In this document: positions 8,562 to 17,455 of the stretch, in pieces
Numbering within the stretch: position 1 is the first letter of the stretch
How the letters are laid out: each line of letters begins with the position of its first letter
Assembly (NCBI GenBank): GCA_017475605.1
Contig: JAFVFD010000002.1
Location: 150,001-182,000, forward strand
Direction: 5' to 3'
Source: Alphaproteobacteria bacterium
Lineage (GTDB): Bacteria; Pseudomonadota; Alphaproteobacteria; Rs-D84
Length of the DNA stretch: 32,000 nucleotides
Program-made: the position numbers and the translations under genes
The notes under the pieces: generated by a model
Database searches by the model: none
What the model was told of the DNA's origin: nothing
Seen by the model: the letters and a program-made list of their open reading frames with translations, nothing else

Positions 8562-8654
8562 ATTATGTTTTTTTCATGCTTAATTTTATACTTGCACGAA
8601 TCGGAAAAAAGTTACTAGTATTCGCATAGATGTAAAACCAAGGAAGGACATACT

Positions 8655-9038
8655 ATGATTATTGGTATTGGAATAGATTTGGTGGAAAGTGGCCGTTTTC
8701 TTGATTGGTCTGCTTTCAAAAAGCAACGCATATTTACAAAAAAAGAACTTGAATATGCCGACAACGACAACGCAAATGCAGAAAAGCATTTGGCAAATTT
8801 CTGGGCCGCACGCGAAGCATGTTTAAAGGCATTGGGCACCGGCTTTGGTGATGATATCGCTTTTTCTGATGTATCGGTTGTTCATAACGATTCGGGATGT
8901 CCAGAATTATTAATCGCCGGCGGGGCACGCGCCGCATTAAAAGAATTGGCGGGCACATCCGCGCGCGTTCATCTGTCTATCACAGACCAGGGCGATTATT
9001 CCGCCGCAATGGTTGTAATCGAAGGCGATGAAAAATAA
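8655..9038 (+). CDS. acpS: Holo-[acyl-carrier-protein] synthase (4'-phosphopantetheinyl transferase)
   Basis: The N-terminus 'MIIGIGIDLVE', 'FTKKELEY', 'AAREACLKALGTG' and 'HLSITDQGDYSAAMVVIE' are typical of AcpS. Length is 127 aa. AAGGAAGGA is the Shine-Dalgarno sequence. Confidence 0.85.
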   Translation: MIIGIGIDLVESGRFLDWSAFKKQRIFTKKELEYADNDNANAEKHLANFWAAREACLKALGTGFGDDIAFSDVSVVHNDSGCPELLIAGGARAALKELAGTSARVHLSITDQGDYSAAMVVIEGDEK

Positions 9039-9060
9039 ATAAAAAACGCAATTAAAAAAA

Positions 9061-9080
9061 CCGCCACATTGGCGGTTTTT
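9061..9080. terminator. Bidirectional intrinsic terminator between acpS and the convergent 712-aa gene
   Basis: The sequence is 'aaaaaaa-ccgcc-acatt-ggcgg-ttttt'. Confidence 0.65.
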
Positions 9081-9138
9081 ATTTTATACCGTTTTACTGT
9101 AACGGCGGGAAACAATCGCCATCAACACAACACATATA

Positions 9139-11277
9139 TTAACCAGATGTGTACATATATGTTTCACCCGCACAACACCCATTTGCATCCGGTGCCGCAC
9201 CGTCCGAACAAGTTTCCACTTCACCCGATACAACATCAGATTCCAGAACCTCGGACGCGACTATTTCAGGCGCACCACCCAGTGTTGCCACCGGCATCGG
9301 CTGGACATCTGTATCCGGCGAATAATTCGATTCGACAACGGTTTCCGAATCATATTCAGGGGCCGCAACAAACATCTTTTCGTTTTGCGAAACACTGTAT
9401 CCCGGTTTGCGTGCCAATATTTCTTCTTCGGTTGGAATCGGTTTCTTTTCAGGTTCATAATTCGCGACCGTACGCAAATCAACAAACGGACTTTCCACCG
9501 AAATATTATCCGGTTCCGGTGTTGCGACAACCGCAACTGGTTCTGGTTCCGGTTCCGCCGCAATCGGTTCCGATTCGATTTCAGACACCGCAACCGCAAC
9601 AGGTTCAGGTTCGACAACCGGTGCTGGCTCTTCCTGGGCTATTGGTTCCACAACCGGTTCTGGTTCAGATACCGTCGCAGGTTCCGCCTGGTCCACAGTC
9701 GGATTAACAAACGGACTTGGGATATTTGTTTCGTTATTCTTCTTGGTATCAGTTGCCGGTTCCGCTGTTTCCGATACTGTCGTTGTTGTGGTCGCCGCCA
9801 AATCTGGCAACACCGCACCATTCTTTGTTTGATACAGCCACAATGTAAATATCGACAGCGCAATCAACAGTATCAACATAATGTAATATATAAACGTCGG
9901 CTTCTTGGCATAATGTACATCCGTTTGCGTAATTGTGTTTCCGGTTATAGGCGACACCGGACGCACAGGCGCAATCGGTTCAACCGGCGCAACGGGCTCT
10001 ATCGTTTCTATTTCGGCAACCGGTTCCGGCATTTGTGCTGCGGTCCCAACCGGTTCATTATTAACATCCGCCGGGGCAGGTTCCACAGCCGGTTCCACAA
10101 CAAACGTATTTTCCAATTCGGCCGGTTGTTCCACAGGTGTCAAACTGTCCAACATTGGTACAGATGTTTCTTCTGTATCGTTTTCAGACACAGGCGCACT
10201 TGATGTTGGTGGGGTAAATAACAGCGGTGCAGGTGCCACAGGTTCCGAATAAGCCGGCGATGGTTCACTACGTGGCGCACTGTTTACCGGCGCATCAAAA
10301 TCAATAGGCTTGAACGCAATATTATCGTCCAGTATTTCAGGGTCGCGATCAAACAATGGTTTTACGGCATCGTTATATGGCATTTCTTCGTCCGCCGCCG
10401 AATCGTCTTCTTCATATGTGTCTTCTATATAATCATCGGCATAATTTGAATCATTTTCTTCGTCATCGGTGTAATCGTCCGTTTCTTCTTCATCTTCCAC
10501 AACAGGCTGAGTAACGACAGGGCGATGTGTTGTCGCGTGCGATGTTTTCGTTGTCGTGCGACGTGGCGCATCAAAATCCGTATGGCGCGCCAAAATTGCG
10601 CGCGCAATTTCTGCATCATCTTCGGCAACGACAAGGCGACGCTGTGCACTGTCCAAACGTTTTTTTGCGCGTGCCAACTTTTCATTGGTTGCATCTATTT
10701 GAGCCTCGGTCTTTAAGATTTTAGCCGCAGATGATTTAGTCGGTTCGCGCCCAATTCCACGTCTTTGTTCAGACAATTTTGAACGCAAGGTTTTAATACG
10801 ATCGCGCAATTCTGAAATGGTTTCGTTGGTACGTTCAATCGTTTCGCGGGCCTTGGCCGCGGCATCTTCTGCGGCATCAAGGCGTTCGCGTGCCGCGCGA
10901 CGCACCGACATAATGCGAAAACGTTTCAGGTTTTCAAGTGGCTCTTTCAAACTTTCTTCGGCATCATATGCATCAAAAAGTTCGGAATACACATCCAGTC
11001 CACTATATTCAATATCCAGTTTTTGATATTTATTATCCCGCTTTGGACGCACAGTTTCTAAATCAATACCGTAATCATTGGACAAAATATCGTCCCATTT
11101 ACGATCGTCAAAAGAATCAATAACCAGCAGGACATTTGGTTTGTCTGCATTAATCGTCTCGTCAAGCACAAAAATCAATTCGTGCGCACCATCATAATAC
11201 GCCCGAAAATCGTTGCCTTTGATATTATATTCGACAACTTTTATTTTTTTTGAACGGTTTTCTCTCTCGCGTGGCAT
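9139..11277 (-). CDS. Bitopic membrane protein with a coiled-coil N-terminal domain, an acidic tract, one TM helix and a Pro/Glu/Val-rich C-terminal region. Function unknown.
   Basis: It is a long ORF. The ATG at 11277 has an AGGA 7 nt upstream, whereas the track start at 11298 is a TTG. The Arg/Ala/Glu-rich segment 'RRAARERLDAAEDAAAKARETIERTNETISELRDRIKTLRSKL' is predicted coiled coil. The TM helix is 'PTFIYYIMLILLIALSIFTLWLY'. There are 'EPEPVVEP/EPEPEPVAV' repeats, and the C-terminal end reads 'CSDGAAPDANGCC'. It starts 24 nt after the gcrA stop. Confidence 0.75.
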   Translation of the reverse strand: MPRERENRSKKIKVVEYNIKGNDFRAYYDGAHELIFVLDETINADKPNVLLVIDSFDDRKWDDILSNDYGIDLETVRPKRDNKYQKLDIEYSGLDVYSELFDAYDAEESLKEPLENLKRFRIMSVRRAARERLDAAEDAAAKARETIERTNETISELRDRIKTLRSKLSEQRRGIGREPTKSSAAKILKTEAQIDATNEKLARAKKRLDSAQRRLVVAEDDAEIARAILARHTDFDAPRRTTTKTSHATTHRPVVTQPVVEDEEETDDYTDDEENDSNYADDYIEDTYEEDDSAADEEMPYNDAVKPLFDRDPEILDDNIAFKPIDFDAPVNSAPRSEPSPAYSEPVAPAPLLFTPPTSSAPVSENDTEETSVPMLDSLTPVEQPAELENTFVVEPAVEPAPADVNNEPVGTAAQMPEPVAEIETIEPVAPVEPIAPVRPVSPITGNTITQTDVHYAKKPTFIYYIMLILLIALSIFTLWLYQTKNGAVLPDLAATTTTTVSETAEPATDTKKNNETNIPSPFVNPTVDQAEPATVSEPEPVVEPIAQEEPAPVVEPEPVAVAVSEIESEPIAAEPEPEPVAVVATPEPDNISVESPFVDLRTVANYEPEKKPIPTEEEILARKPGYSVSQNEKMFVAAPEYDSETVVESNYSPDTDVQPMPVATLGGAPEIVASEVLESDVVSGEVETCSDGAAPDANGCCAGETYMYTSG

Positions 11278-11301
11278 GTGTGTATCCTGGGGTTTCAAGT
11301 A

Positions 11302-11937
11302 TTATTTCTTTTTCGGTGGTGTAAACTGATACGCCAATCTGCAATGTTCATAGCAATATGGTTTGCCGGTAAACACCTGTTTTCCACAGAAGTGGAAATT
11401 TTCAGAATCTGGATCACCAATCGGCCAACGGCACTGATTCGGTTTAAGATTCGCCAATTCCAACGAATGTTGAATTATGCGTTGATGCATCGCCAATGTT
11501 TTTGACGAACTTTTAGTCGATTTTGTCGCTGTTTCCTTGGGTGCTTCTGTTTTTACCTTTGCCGCCGGCTTTTTAGATTCCACCTTGGTCGGTGCCTTTT
11601 TCTTTTGTGCCGGGGCGGTCGTTGCCTTCTTTTCAGATTTGGTTTTTACGGTCGCAACAGGCTTCTTGGCCGGTGCCTTTTTTGCCACCGTTTTAGTTGT
11701 TTTTGTTGCGGTTGTCTTCTTGATAGTTACCGATGGTGCAACATCCTTCTTGGCAGGCTTGGCCGTTTTGGCATTTGTTGATGCGCCCGCCTTGGCATTC
11801 CAGCCCATACGATTTAATTTACCAACAACCGCATTCTTGGACAGACCCAAACGTTTACCAATTTCGGACGTGGACAAACCCTTGCCCATAAGGGCTTTCA
11901 GTTTTTTTAATGTTGCGTTATCCCAACCTTTACTCAT
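11302..11937 (-). CDS. gcrA: GcrA cell-cycle transcriptional regulator
   Basis: The N-terminus 'W..ATLKKLKALMGKGLSTSEIGKRLGLSKNAVVGKLNRMGW' and the C-terminus 'QCRWPIGDPDSENFHFCGKQVFTGKPYCYEHCRLAYQ' match the two conserved GcrA domains. They are separated by a Lys/Ala/Thr-rich linker. Confidence 0.9.
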   Translation of the reverse strand: MSKGWDNATLKKLKALMGKGLSTSEIGKRLGLSKNAVVGKLNRMGWNAKAGASTNAKTAKPAKKDVAPSVTIKKTTATKTTKTVAKKAPAKKPVATVKTKSEKKATTAPAQKKKAPTKVESKKPAAKVKTEAPKETATKSTKSSSKTLAMHQRIIQHSLELANLKPNQCRWPIGDPDSENFHFCGKQVFTGKPYCYEHCRLAYQFTPPKKK

Positions 11938-12013
11938 TTTACAAATTCCTTGTTATCATTTATCATATAATAAGTGTATCATAGTTCCGATTCGAAACGC
12001 AAGGGAGAAAAAT

Positions 12014-12487
12014 ATGATTTTTTATTTATTTTTAGCATTATTATTTGCCGGTGCCATTGGGTGCGCGGTGGCGATTTCTGTGGCAGATTTTCGCCGTCGC
12101 ATAATACCAGATGCGTATTTAATACCGTTATTTTTGATTGGGTTGATGGTTGTTAATTTTGTACCAAACTGGATATGTGGTCCACGCACAGCGGTTGTCG
12201 GGGCCGTATTGGGTTATGTACTGGGGGCGGGGGTAGGCTTTGTTTTTGATATTATACGGCAACGAAAAAATCCACGTTCCGATGCGCCGATTGGCATGGG
12301 CGACATAAAATTATTAGCGACCGGCGGTTTATGGTTGGGTCCAAATGGTCTGGCAATTGCGTTGGTATTATCGTGCCTTTTCGGTGGCGTATGGGCATAT
12401 GTTAAAAAGCAACAATTTATCCCATTCGCACCATTCTTTATTGCGGGTGCAATTTTGTCTTTAATTACAACCGCATTTTTGTTATAA
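12014..12487 (+). CDS. Prepilin-type aspartic peptidase, family A24 (CpaA/TadV-like, with no methyltransferase domain)
   Basis: GGGAGA Shine-Dalgarno precedes the ATG at 12014. The protein is polytopic and 157 aa long, with 'ADFRRRIIPD' and 'GMGDIKLLATGG', the two catalytic-Asp motifs of Peptidase_A24. The track ORF starting at 11537 is an artefactual extension antisense to gcrA. Confidence 0.75.
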   Translation: MIFYLFLALLFAGAIGCAVAISVADFRRRIIPDAYLIPLFLIGLMVVNFVPNWICGPRTAVVGAVLGYVLGAGVGFVFDIIRQRKNPRSDAPIGMGDIKLLATGGLWLGPNGLAIALVLSCLFGGVWAYVKKQQFIPFAPFFIAGAILSLITTAFLL

Positions 12488-12509
12488 TAAGAAAACAGTA
12501 GGGATAAAG

Positions 12510-13412
12510 ATGAGAATAAAACACAGCATATTTTTCACACTATGCGTTGGTACATTTGTATCGGCGACAAACGCGGCACCGATTGCGCAAAACCCTACAT
12601 CTGTGCAGCCGATATCGCAATACGGCCTTATACAGAATGTACAAAATTATTCGTCTAATCCGTTTTGGAATCCCAATGGCCCATATAATCAGCGTATGCC
12701 CCAACCGGTATATGTCCAGGGTGCCGATTTAAATACCGCCGATTGCCAACGTACCGTTGGTACACTTGTCGCATCATATTGTGTTGATAATAATAACTGT
12801 GTCGGCATGCGGATAAGTGATATTCGCCCGGCGATGATGTTACAACTGGCGCGGTTGCCGGGACATAATTATGCGACGTCTTGTGCGGGGTTCATTGATT
12901 CTGAATTTGAAAGTTATGTTTCAAAATATTCAAATGCGGGGCCGTCCAATTCTTATGTTGCTTTTCCAAATGCGACCACACCTAATCCGGCAATTTATGA
13001 AACAGAATATGAAATACAAAACCCATATCAAATAAAAAACCGTACTTGGAACGGCGAGGAATGGGAAAAAGAAAAAAAGGAACGCATTCGCGAACTTGAT
13101 GAATTACAGGCACAGAACGGCGCAAACGATATTAAATTAGCGCGCGCTGATTTTCCAACCACTATTGACGATTTGTCATTTGATGAACGTATGGAATTGC
13201 AGGCTGCTGGATACGAACCATGGAAAGATGCCACACCATATCAGCAGATAAAGATTGAACGCGAAGAAGATTATTATAATCGCCGCAACGGTGGCACAAC
13301 CACGGTTTCAGATGCATCAACACCAAACGCACCAACAAAACCCGGCCAATCAACTGTTGTTTATCCAAATGTTCCGGGATATGACGGCGCAAAACTTGTT
13401 TATCTAAGATAA
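12510..13412 (+). CDS. Exported protein of unknown function (300 aa)
   Basis: The signal peptide is 'MRIKHSIFFTLCVGTFVSATNA'. There is a Cys-containing N-terminal half and a charged 'WEKEKKERIRELDELQ' segment. The gene lies 22 nt after the A24 peptidase gene. Confidence 0.75.
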   Translation: MRIKHSIFFTLCVGTFVSATNAAPIAQNPTSVQPISQYGLIQNVQNYSSNPFWNPNGPYNQRMPQPVYVQGADLNTADCQRTVGTLVASYCVDNNNCVGMRISDIRPAMMLQLARLPGHNYATSCAGFIDSEFESYVSKYSNAGPSNSYVAFPNATTPNPAIYETEYEIQNPYQIKNRTWNGEEWEKEKKERIRELDELQAQNGANDIKLARADFPTTIDDLSFDERMELQAAGYEPWKDATPYQQIKIEREEDYYNRRNGGTTTVSDASTPNAPTKPGQSTVVYPNVPGYDGAKLVYLR

Positions 13413-13416
13413 CGTT

Positions 13417-14415
13417 ATGAACAGATTTTGTCTTGCTTTTTTATTCGCATTTTTAGGCATTGTTTCAAATGCGACCGCCGCGAATCTGCAATGTTTGGCA
13501 GACATTGGCGCGAACGATGCGACATTTATAACCCCGATGTATAACGATGTGTTGGCGGGACAAGCACCGACCCAGGAAAACATTGATGCAAATAAACCAA
13601 AAATGTTCGGTCTGGTTGCGGCAAATGTTATATTACAATGCCTTAACGGCCCGGACAGAAATGATTTCCAAACCGTCGCAGACAGCAAAGAATTCATTAT
13701 TCCGTTCACTTATAAAGATAAAGTTAAATATAAGTTGCAGGTTGACACGGCAAAATTGTTTGACTATGTCAATTTGCCAACCGGTTTTTTAGTTGTCAAC
13801 AAACGCACATATATTCCAGGCGATGTTATAAAAAAATCTGATATGCCAACCGATTATTTCTTTAGCAGCGATTGTTCAGATCACTATGTTCGCCTTAATT
13901 TGTCAGATGACGCTGGGGTGAACGTGGCGGGTCAATCGGCATTTGCCGCATATGGTGGCAAAGAAAACGAATATTTCCTGGATTTTCCGGTTGAAAAAAA
14001 TTGCCGTGCATTCCCCGGTTTGGTATTGGGGGACTTTGGCGGATGGGGTGCCCCTGAAAAAATCATTGCATACACAAATTATCTGGATGCCCAGGGGGCC
14101 GCTGAATCTTTTGCCAAGGCATTACAAAACACATCATGCGCGAATCAAAACCTGGCCGTATATTTGGTATCACTGGAATCAATGCCGGCACAAAAGGATG
14201 GCACAACGGGCATAGTTATCGGCGCAGGTGTTGGTGGTGGGGCGGCGGCTGCAACATTAACCGCTGTTTTGGCATCTAATCCGGTTGGGTGGGTTGTTGG
14301 TGCCGTTGGTTTGGCGGTTGGCGGAATTATTGCCGGGGTATCTTCGTTGTTTTACAAAGACCTGGCCGATATTCAACAGGTGGTCGTTCTTAAAGGGCCA
14401 TATATAGTAAAATAG
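13417..14415 (+). CDS. Exported protein with a C-terminal glycine-zipper membrane hairpin (332 aa). Function unknown.
   Basis: The signal peptide is 'MNRFCLAFLFAFLGIVSNATA'. The C-terminus reads 'GIVIGAGVGGGAAAATLTAVLASNPVGWVVGAVGLAVGGIIAGV'. The start lies 4 nt after the previous stop. Confidence 0.75.
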   Translation: MNRFCLAFLFAFLGIVSNATAANLQCLADIGANDATFITPMYNDVLAGQAPTQENIDANKPKMFGLVAANVILQCLNGPDRNDFQTVADSKEFIIPFTYKDKVKYKLQVDTAKLFDYVNLPTGFLVVNKRTYIPGDVIKKSDMPTDYFFSSDCSDHYVRLNLSDDAGVNVAGQSAFAAYGGKENEYFLDFPVEKNCRAFPGLVLGDFGGWGAPEKIIAYTNYLDAQGAAESFAKALQNTSCANQNLAVYLVSLESMPAQKDGTTGIVIGAGVGGGAAAATLTAVLASNPVGWVVGAVGLAVGGIIAGVSSLFYKDLADIQQVVVLKGPYIVK

Positions 14416-14416
14416 T

Positions 14417-16279
14417 ATGTATGAAATTGTTGCGGTTTTATTTTCTGTGATTTTTATTGGTTCCGCATATTCTGCGGAACAACTTGTTCCAACGCAAAAT
14501 ATTGACACCCCCGGTTTTCGCACGGCCGATGAAATATTATATGCCAACCCCGATGATACAAGGTGCGCGACCGCGGTTTTTGCAAATGCATTGGCGACAA
14601 CGGCAAACGCTGTATCCGAAGATGACGATGAACAAACAATTCAGCAATGGATATATCAGACATTTTCAGTCCCAGATGTATTAAATGCGGTCTTACGGTG
14701 TCCCGAATTTCAAAACATTGCCGATGACGACAGTGTGCGTTTTTTACCAATAGAATATAATTTTCCCGGTGGCCGACAAATCGTTGTAAATTATGAAACC
14801 CAACCAAAGATTCTGAAACAACGTATAAACCTGGCATCTAAACGCAATGTGGCCGAATTAAACGACCCGAACCCACGTATAGGCGCGATTGACGATGAAG
14901 CGGTTTGGACTAATACTGACCCGGCATGGTATGCGATTATGGTTGTGCAACACGGAACACTGGATAACTTTGTCGGCCCCGATAAAAACAACACAATATC
15001 TTTAAAATACATAAATGACAATATTGACACACTGTATCCGCACGGGGCAATGTGTACCAGTAAAAGCGCACTGGCCAACGATAATGACATAATAAACATT
15101 GCCACACATAACACGGTTGGCATTGACGATGATTCCAATGATTACTATGTGGCGGGCGATGTTAATTTGCAATGGATTTCATACGCCGAAATTGCACTGG
15201 ATGTTGTAATCACGGTTGTAACATTTGGGGGTGGGGCAGCCGTTAGTGGCGCGACCAAGGCCGCCCGTGCATCAAAAACGGTTAAAAACCTGTCCCGCGG
15301 TATCAAGGAACTATCAAAAATTGATACTGTCAAAGATTACATTGTTCACACATCTAAATTGGCCCGCGCCGAAGGGAAATTATCACGCATCCGCGAAGTG
15401 CAACGACTGGAAAGCGAACTGGCCAAATTGGACCGGGTAAAAAATGCAAAAAAATATGCCGAAAAGGCCAAGGAACTGGAACACGCAACCACCCGCCTGC
15501 GCGAAGTGGATAAAATAACCGATGCATCCAAATATGGCAAAACTGAAATCACGGCAATGGAAAAAAACATTTCCGAAATGAAACAGGAATCTGAACGAAT
15601 GATACGGGCCGATAAAAATGTTGCCCAATATGCAAAATCAACCGAAGAACTTAAAAATGTTGAAAAGTATGCCCAGGCATACCGTACATTAAAGACCCAA
15701 AAAGCAGGTAATATTGCCACACGCGCATGGCGCGCGTTCAAGGCATCGCGTACCGGCGGCAAAACATTAAATCGCGGCGCGCGTGTTGCCAGGCAATCTA
15801 TGAAATCGGGGCGTGTGCGCGATTGGTTGTTTCAATCAACAATGCGCAATCTGGGCAAACTGGGTAAATTGGAATCGGCGGGCGGGGTGCTCTATGGTGC
15901 GTTAAAATTTGCCGGCGATATGTATGATTGGACCGAAACCAGCACTGGCGATTTTACAAGCGGAATTGAATTTAAGCCACTGTTATTGTTGTCCGCCGAC
16001 GATTTAGAAGGCCAGGAAAATGTCGTAAATTACGGCATGTGGCTTATGTGGGCGGGCGATGCAACGACCGCCGCCGATGATGATGCCGCATATTTACAGG
16101 CCTTTGATTTTGCAGACAAGTTCCATATGGACCTGCTTGAAACAATGGACGACAAAAACAGCACTGCATGTAATGTTGATATTTATGTCGTGCGCCCCGT
16201 ATTGCGAAACCCCAGCGGCGACAACCCGGAATTATATTATCTTGTTATGAACGACCAACCATGGACGACCGCCGAATGA
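14417..16279 (+). CDS. Membrane protein of unknown function (620 aa) with an N-terminal signal or anchor, a central TM helix, a Lys/Glu/Arg-rich coiled coil and an acidic C-terminal domain
   Basis: The N-terminus is 'MYEIVAVLFSVIFIGSAYSA' and the TM helix is 'IALDVVITVVTFGGGAAVSGA'. A long segment 'KLARAEGKLSRIREVQRLESELAKLDRVKNAKKYAEKAKELE...' follows. The start lies 1 nt after the previous stop. Confidence 0.75.
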   Translation: MYEIVAVLFSVIFIGSAYSAEQLVPTQNIDTPGFRTADEILYANPDDTRCATAVFANALATTANAVSEDDDEQTIQQWIYQTFSVPDVLNAVLRCPEFQNIADDDSVRFLPIEYNFPGGRQIVVNYETQPKILKQRINLASKRNVAELNDPNPRIGAIDDEAVWTNTDPAWYAIMVVQHGTLDNFVGPDKNNTISLKYINDNIDTLYPHGAMCTSKSALANDNDIINIATHNTVGIDDDSNDYYVAGDVNLQWISYAEIALDVVITVVTFGGGAAVSGATKAARASKTVKNLSRGIKELSKIDTVKDYIVHTSKLARAEGKLSRIREVQRLESELAKLDRVKNAKKYAEKAKELEHATTRLREVDKITDASKYGKTEITAMEKNISEMKQESERMIRADKNVAQYAKSTEELKNVEKYAQAYRTLKTQKAGNIATRAWRAFKASRTGGKTLNRGARVARQSMKSGRVRDWLFQSTMRNLGKLGKLESAGGVLYGALKFAGDMYDWTETSTGDFTSGIEFKPLLLLSADDLEGQENVVNYGMWLMWAGDATTAADDDAAYLQAFDFADKFHMDLLETMDDKNSTACNVDIYVVRPVLRNPSGDNPELYYLVMNDQPWTTAE

Positions 16280-17394
16280 ACATAAAAAAACATATTTTTT
16301 TGTTCGGAATAATACTTGCTATATGCGGCAATGTGTTCGCGGTGTCTCCCTATGCGACTACGATTGGACAGAATTTGCCAAAAAAATCTTTTTTAACAGC
16401 AACTTCATTTCCAACGACCATATCCGATGTGTCTTTTGTCGCCAGAATGGAAAACAAGCGCGAAGGATATTTACCATATTTTAACCGTTCTGCATTTGCC
16501 GATTTGTCATTGGACGAACAAGACGAATTGGAACAAATGGCATCTCGCGCCGATGTGGAACGACGGGAAACACTTAAAAACAACCCATCAAAATATTGTT
16601 CGTTTTATCCAGATGATTCTGGCAGGTGTGGCACACACCCAACGGAACCGGTAATACCACAGGCACAGACAACAGTACAACCCGATTCTATATACCCAAT
16701 CAGCCCATCAATCCAGATTGTGTCGGCTTATCCCGCCGGGCGTTATATGAACGCGGCGTTAACCCCGGAAAACATCGCAAAATACAACTTGCGCGCATAC
16801 AATGGTGGGTGTACGCCGCCGGAACGCAGCAATCATTGGCGAAACACCATTTTAACATCTGGACGGTACCAGTATTCGCACCCCGCATTTGAAAAATTTA
16901 TGATTACATCTTTCCGCAAGGAAGGCAGTTGTGGAAATCATCCGAACGACCATGGTGGCTATACTTGTTATGGGTGCGCATCAAAGGGCCTTTGTTCCGG
17001 GATAGATATGAGCCAGGTTACACGCCCCCTGGTCGAAGATTTGTATTATCAAAAGGTGTACACAAAATACAATGTTGCCAAATTACCCGATGCATTCCGC
17101 GGATATTTGCTGTGGGGGATGTCGGGTTCGGGCTCTGTAACCGGAATAAAGCAATTTCAGGGAACACTTGGTGTGCCATTGACTGGCAAAATAGATGCCG
17201 CAACCATTGCCGCCGCCGAAAATTATACTGGCGATTTTGCCGCCGCATACACTAAAAACAGAGAACAATTTTATCGAAATATTGTTGCCCGCGATTCAAC
17301 ACAACGCGTGTTTCTTAACGGCTGGCTGAACGGATTACAATTGTTACAACCGTCTGGTTGCCATGTCGTACCAACAAACCCGATTTACCGATAA
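16276..17394 (+). CDS. Exported lysozyme-like protein with a GH108-type N-acetylmuramidase core, a PG_binding_3-like C-terminus and an N-terminal extension of about 200 aa
   Basis: The ATG at 16276 overlaps the upstream TGA (ATGA coupling) and gives the signal peptide 'MNIKKHIFLFGIILAICGNVFA'. 'FRKEGSCGNHPNDHGGYTCYG' resembles the GH108 'EGGY.N.P.DPGG.T.YG' motif. The C-terminal 'FYRNIV......FLNGWLNG' resembles PG_binding_3. Confidence 0.6.
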   Translation: MNIKKHIFLFGIILAICGNVFAVSPYATTIGQNLPKKSFLTATSFPTTISDVSFVARMENKREGYLPYFNRSAFADLSLDEQDELEQMASRADVERRETLKNNPSKYCSFYPDDSGRCGTHPTEPVIPQAQTTVQPDSIYPISPSIQIVSAYPAGRYMNAALTPENIAKYNLRAYNGGCTPPERSNHWRNTILTSGRYQYSHPAFEKFMITSFRKEGSCGNHPNDHGGYTCYGCASKGLCSGIDMSQVTRPLVEDLYYQKVYTKYNVAKLPDAFRGYLLWGMSGSGSVTGIKQFQGTLGVPLTGKIDAATIAAAENYTGDFAAAYTKNREQFYRNIVARDSTQRVFLNGWLNGLQLLQPSGCHVVPTNPIYR

Positions 17395-17455
17395 AAATCT
17401 CATTGTTTTTAGGATACAAAAACTGTATAATTACAGGGAAGGCAAGGGGACAAAA

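Noticed and set aside
9069-10252. Plus-strand ORFs at 9069-9707, 9385-10203 and 9935-10252 lie antisense to the 712-aa gene.
   Set aside because: Their products are extreme low-complexity (P/Q/H-rich or R/F/N-rich) mirror translations of the Pro/Glu/Val repeat region. They have no start context, and the minus-strand frame has domain structure (coiled coil, TM helix).
11537-12013. The ORF-track gene 11537-12487 has a 159-aa N-terminal extension.
   Set aside because: The extension is antisense to gcrA and is Ala/Phe/Val-rich nonsense. The internal ATG at 12014 has a GGGAGA Shine-Dalgarno and yields a normal-sized A24 peptidase.
11938-12013. I looked for regulatory boxes in the gcrA/A24-peptidase divergent spacer. 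It contains 'ttatcatttatcat' and a GANTC site ('gattc') near 11989.
   Set aside because: The DnaA-box resemblance is weak, and GANTC sites are frequent by chance. Neither can be supported as a functional site from sequence alone.
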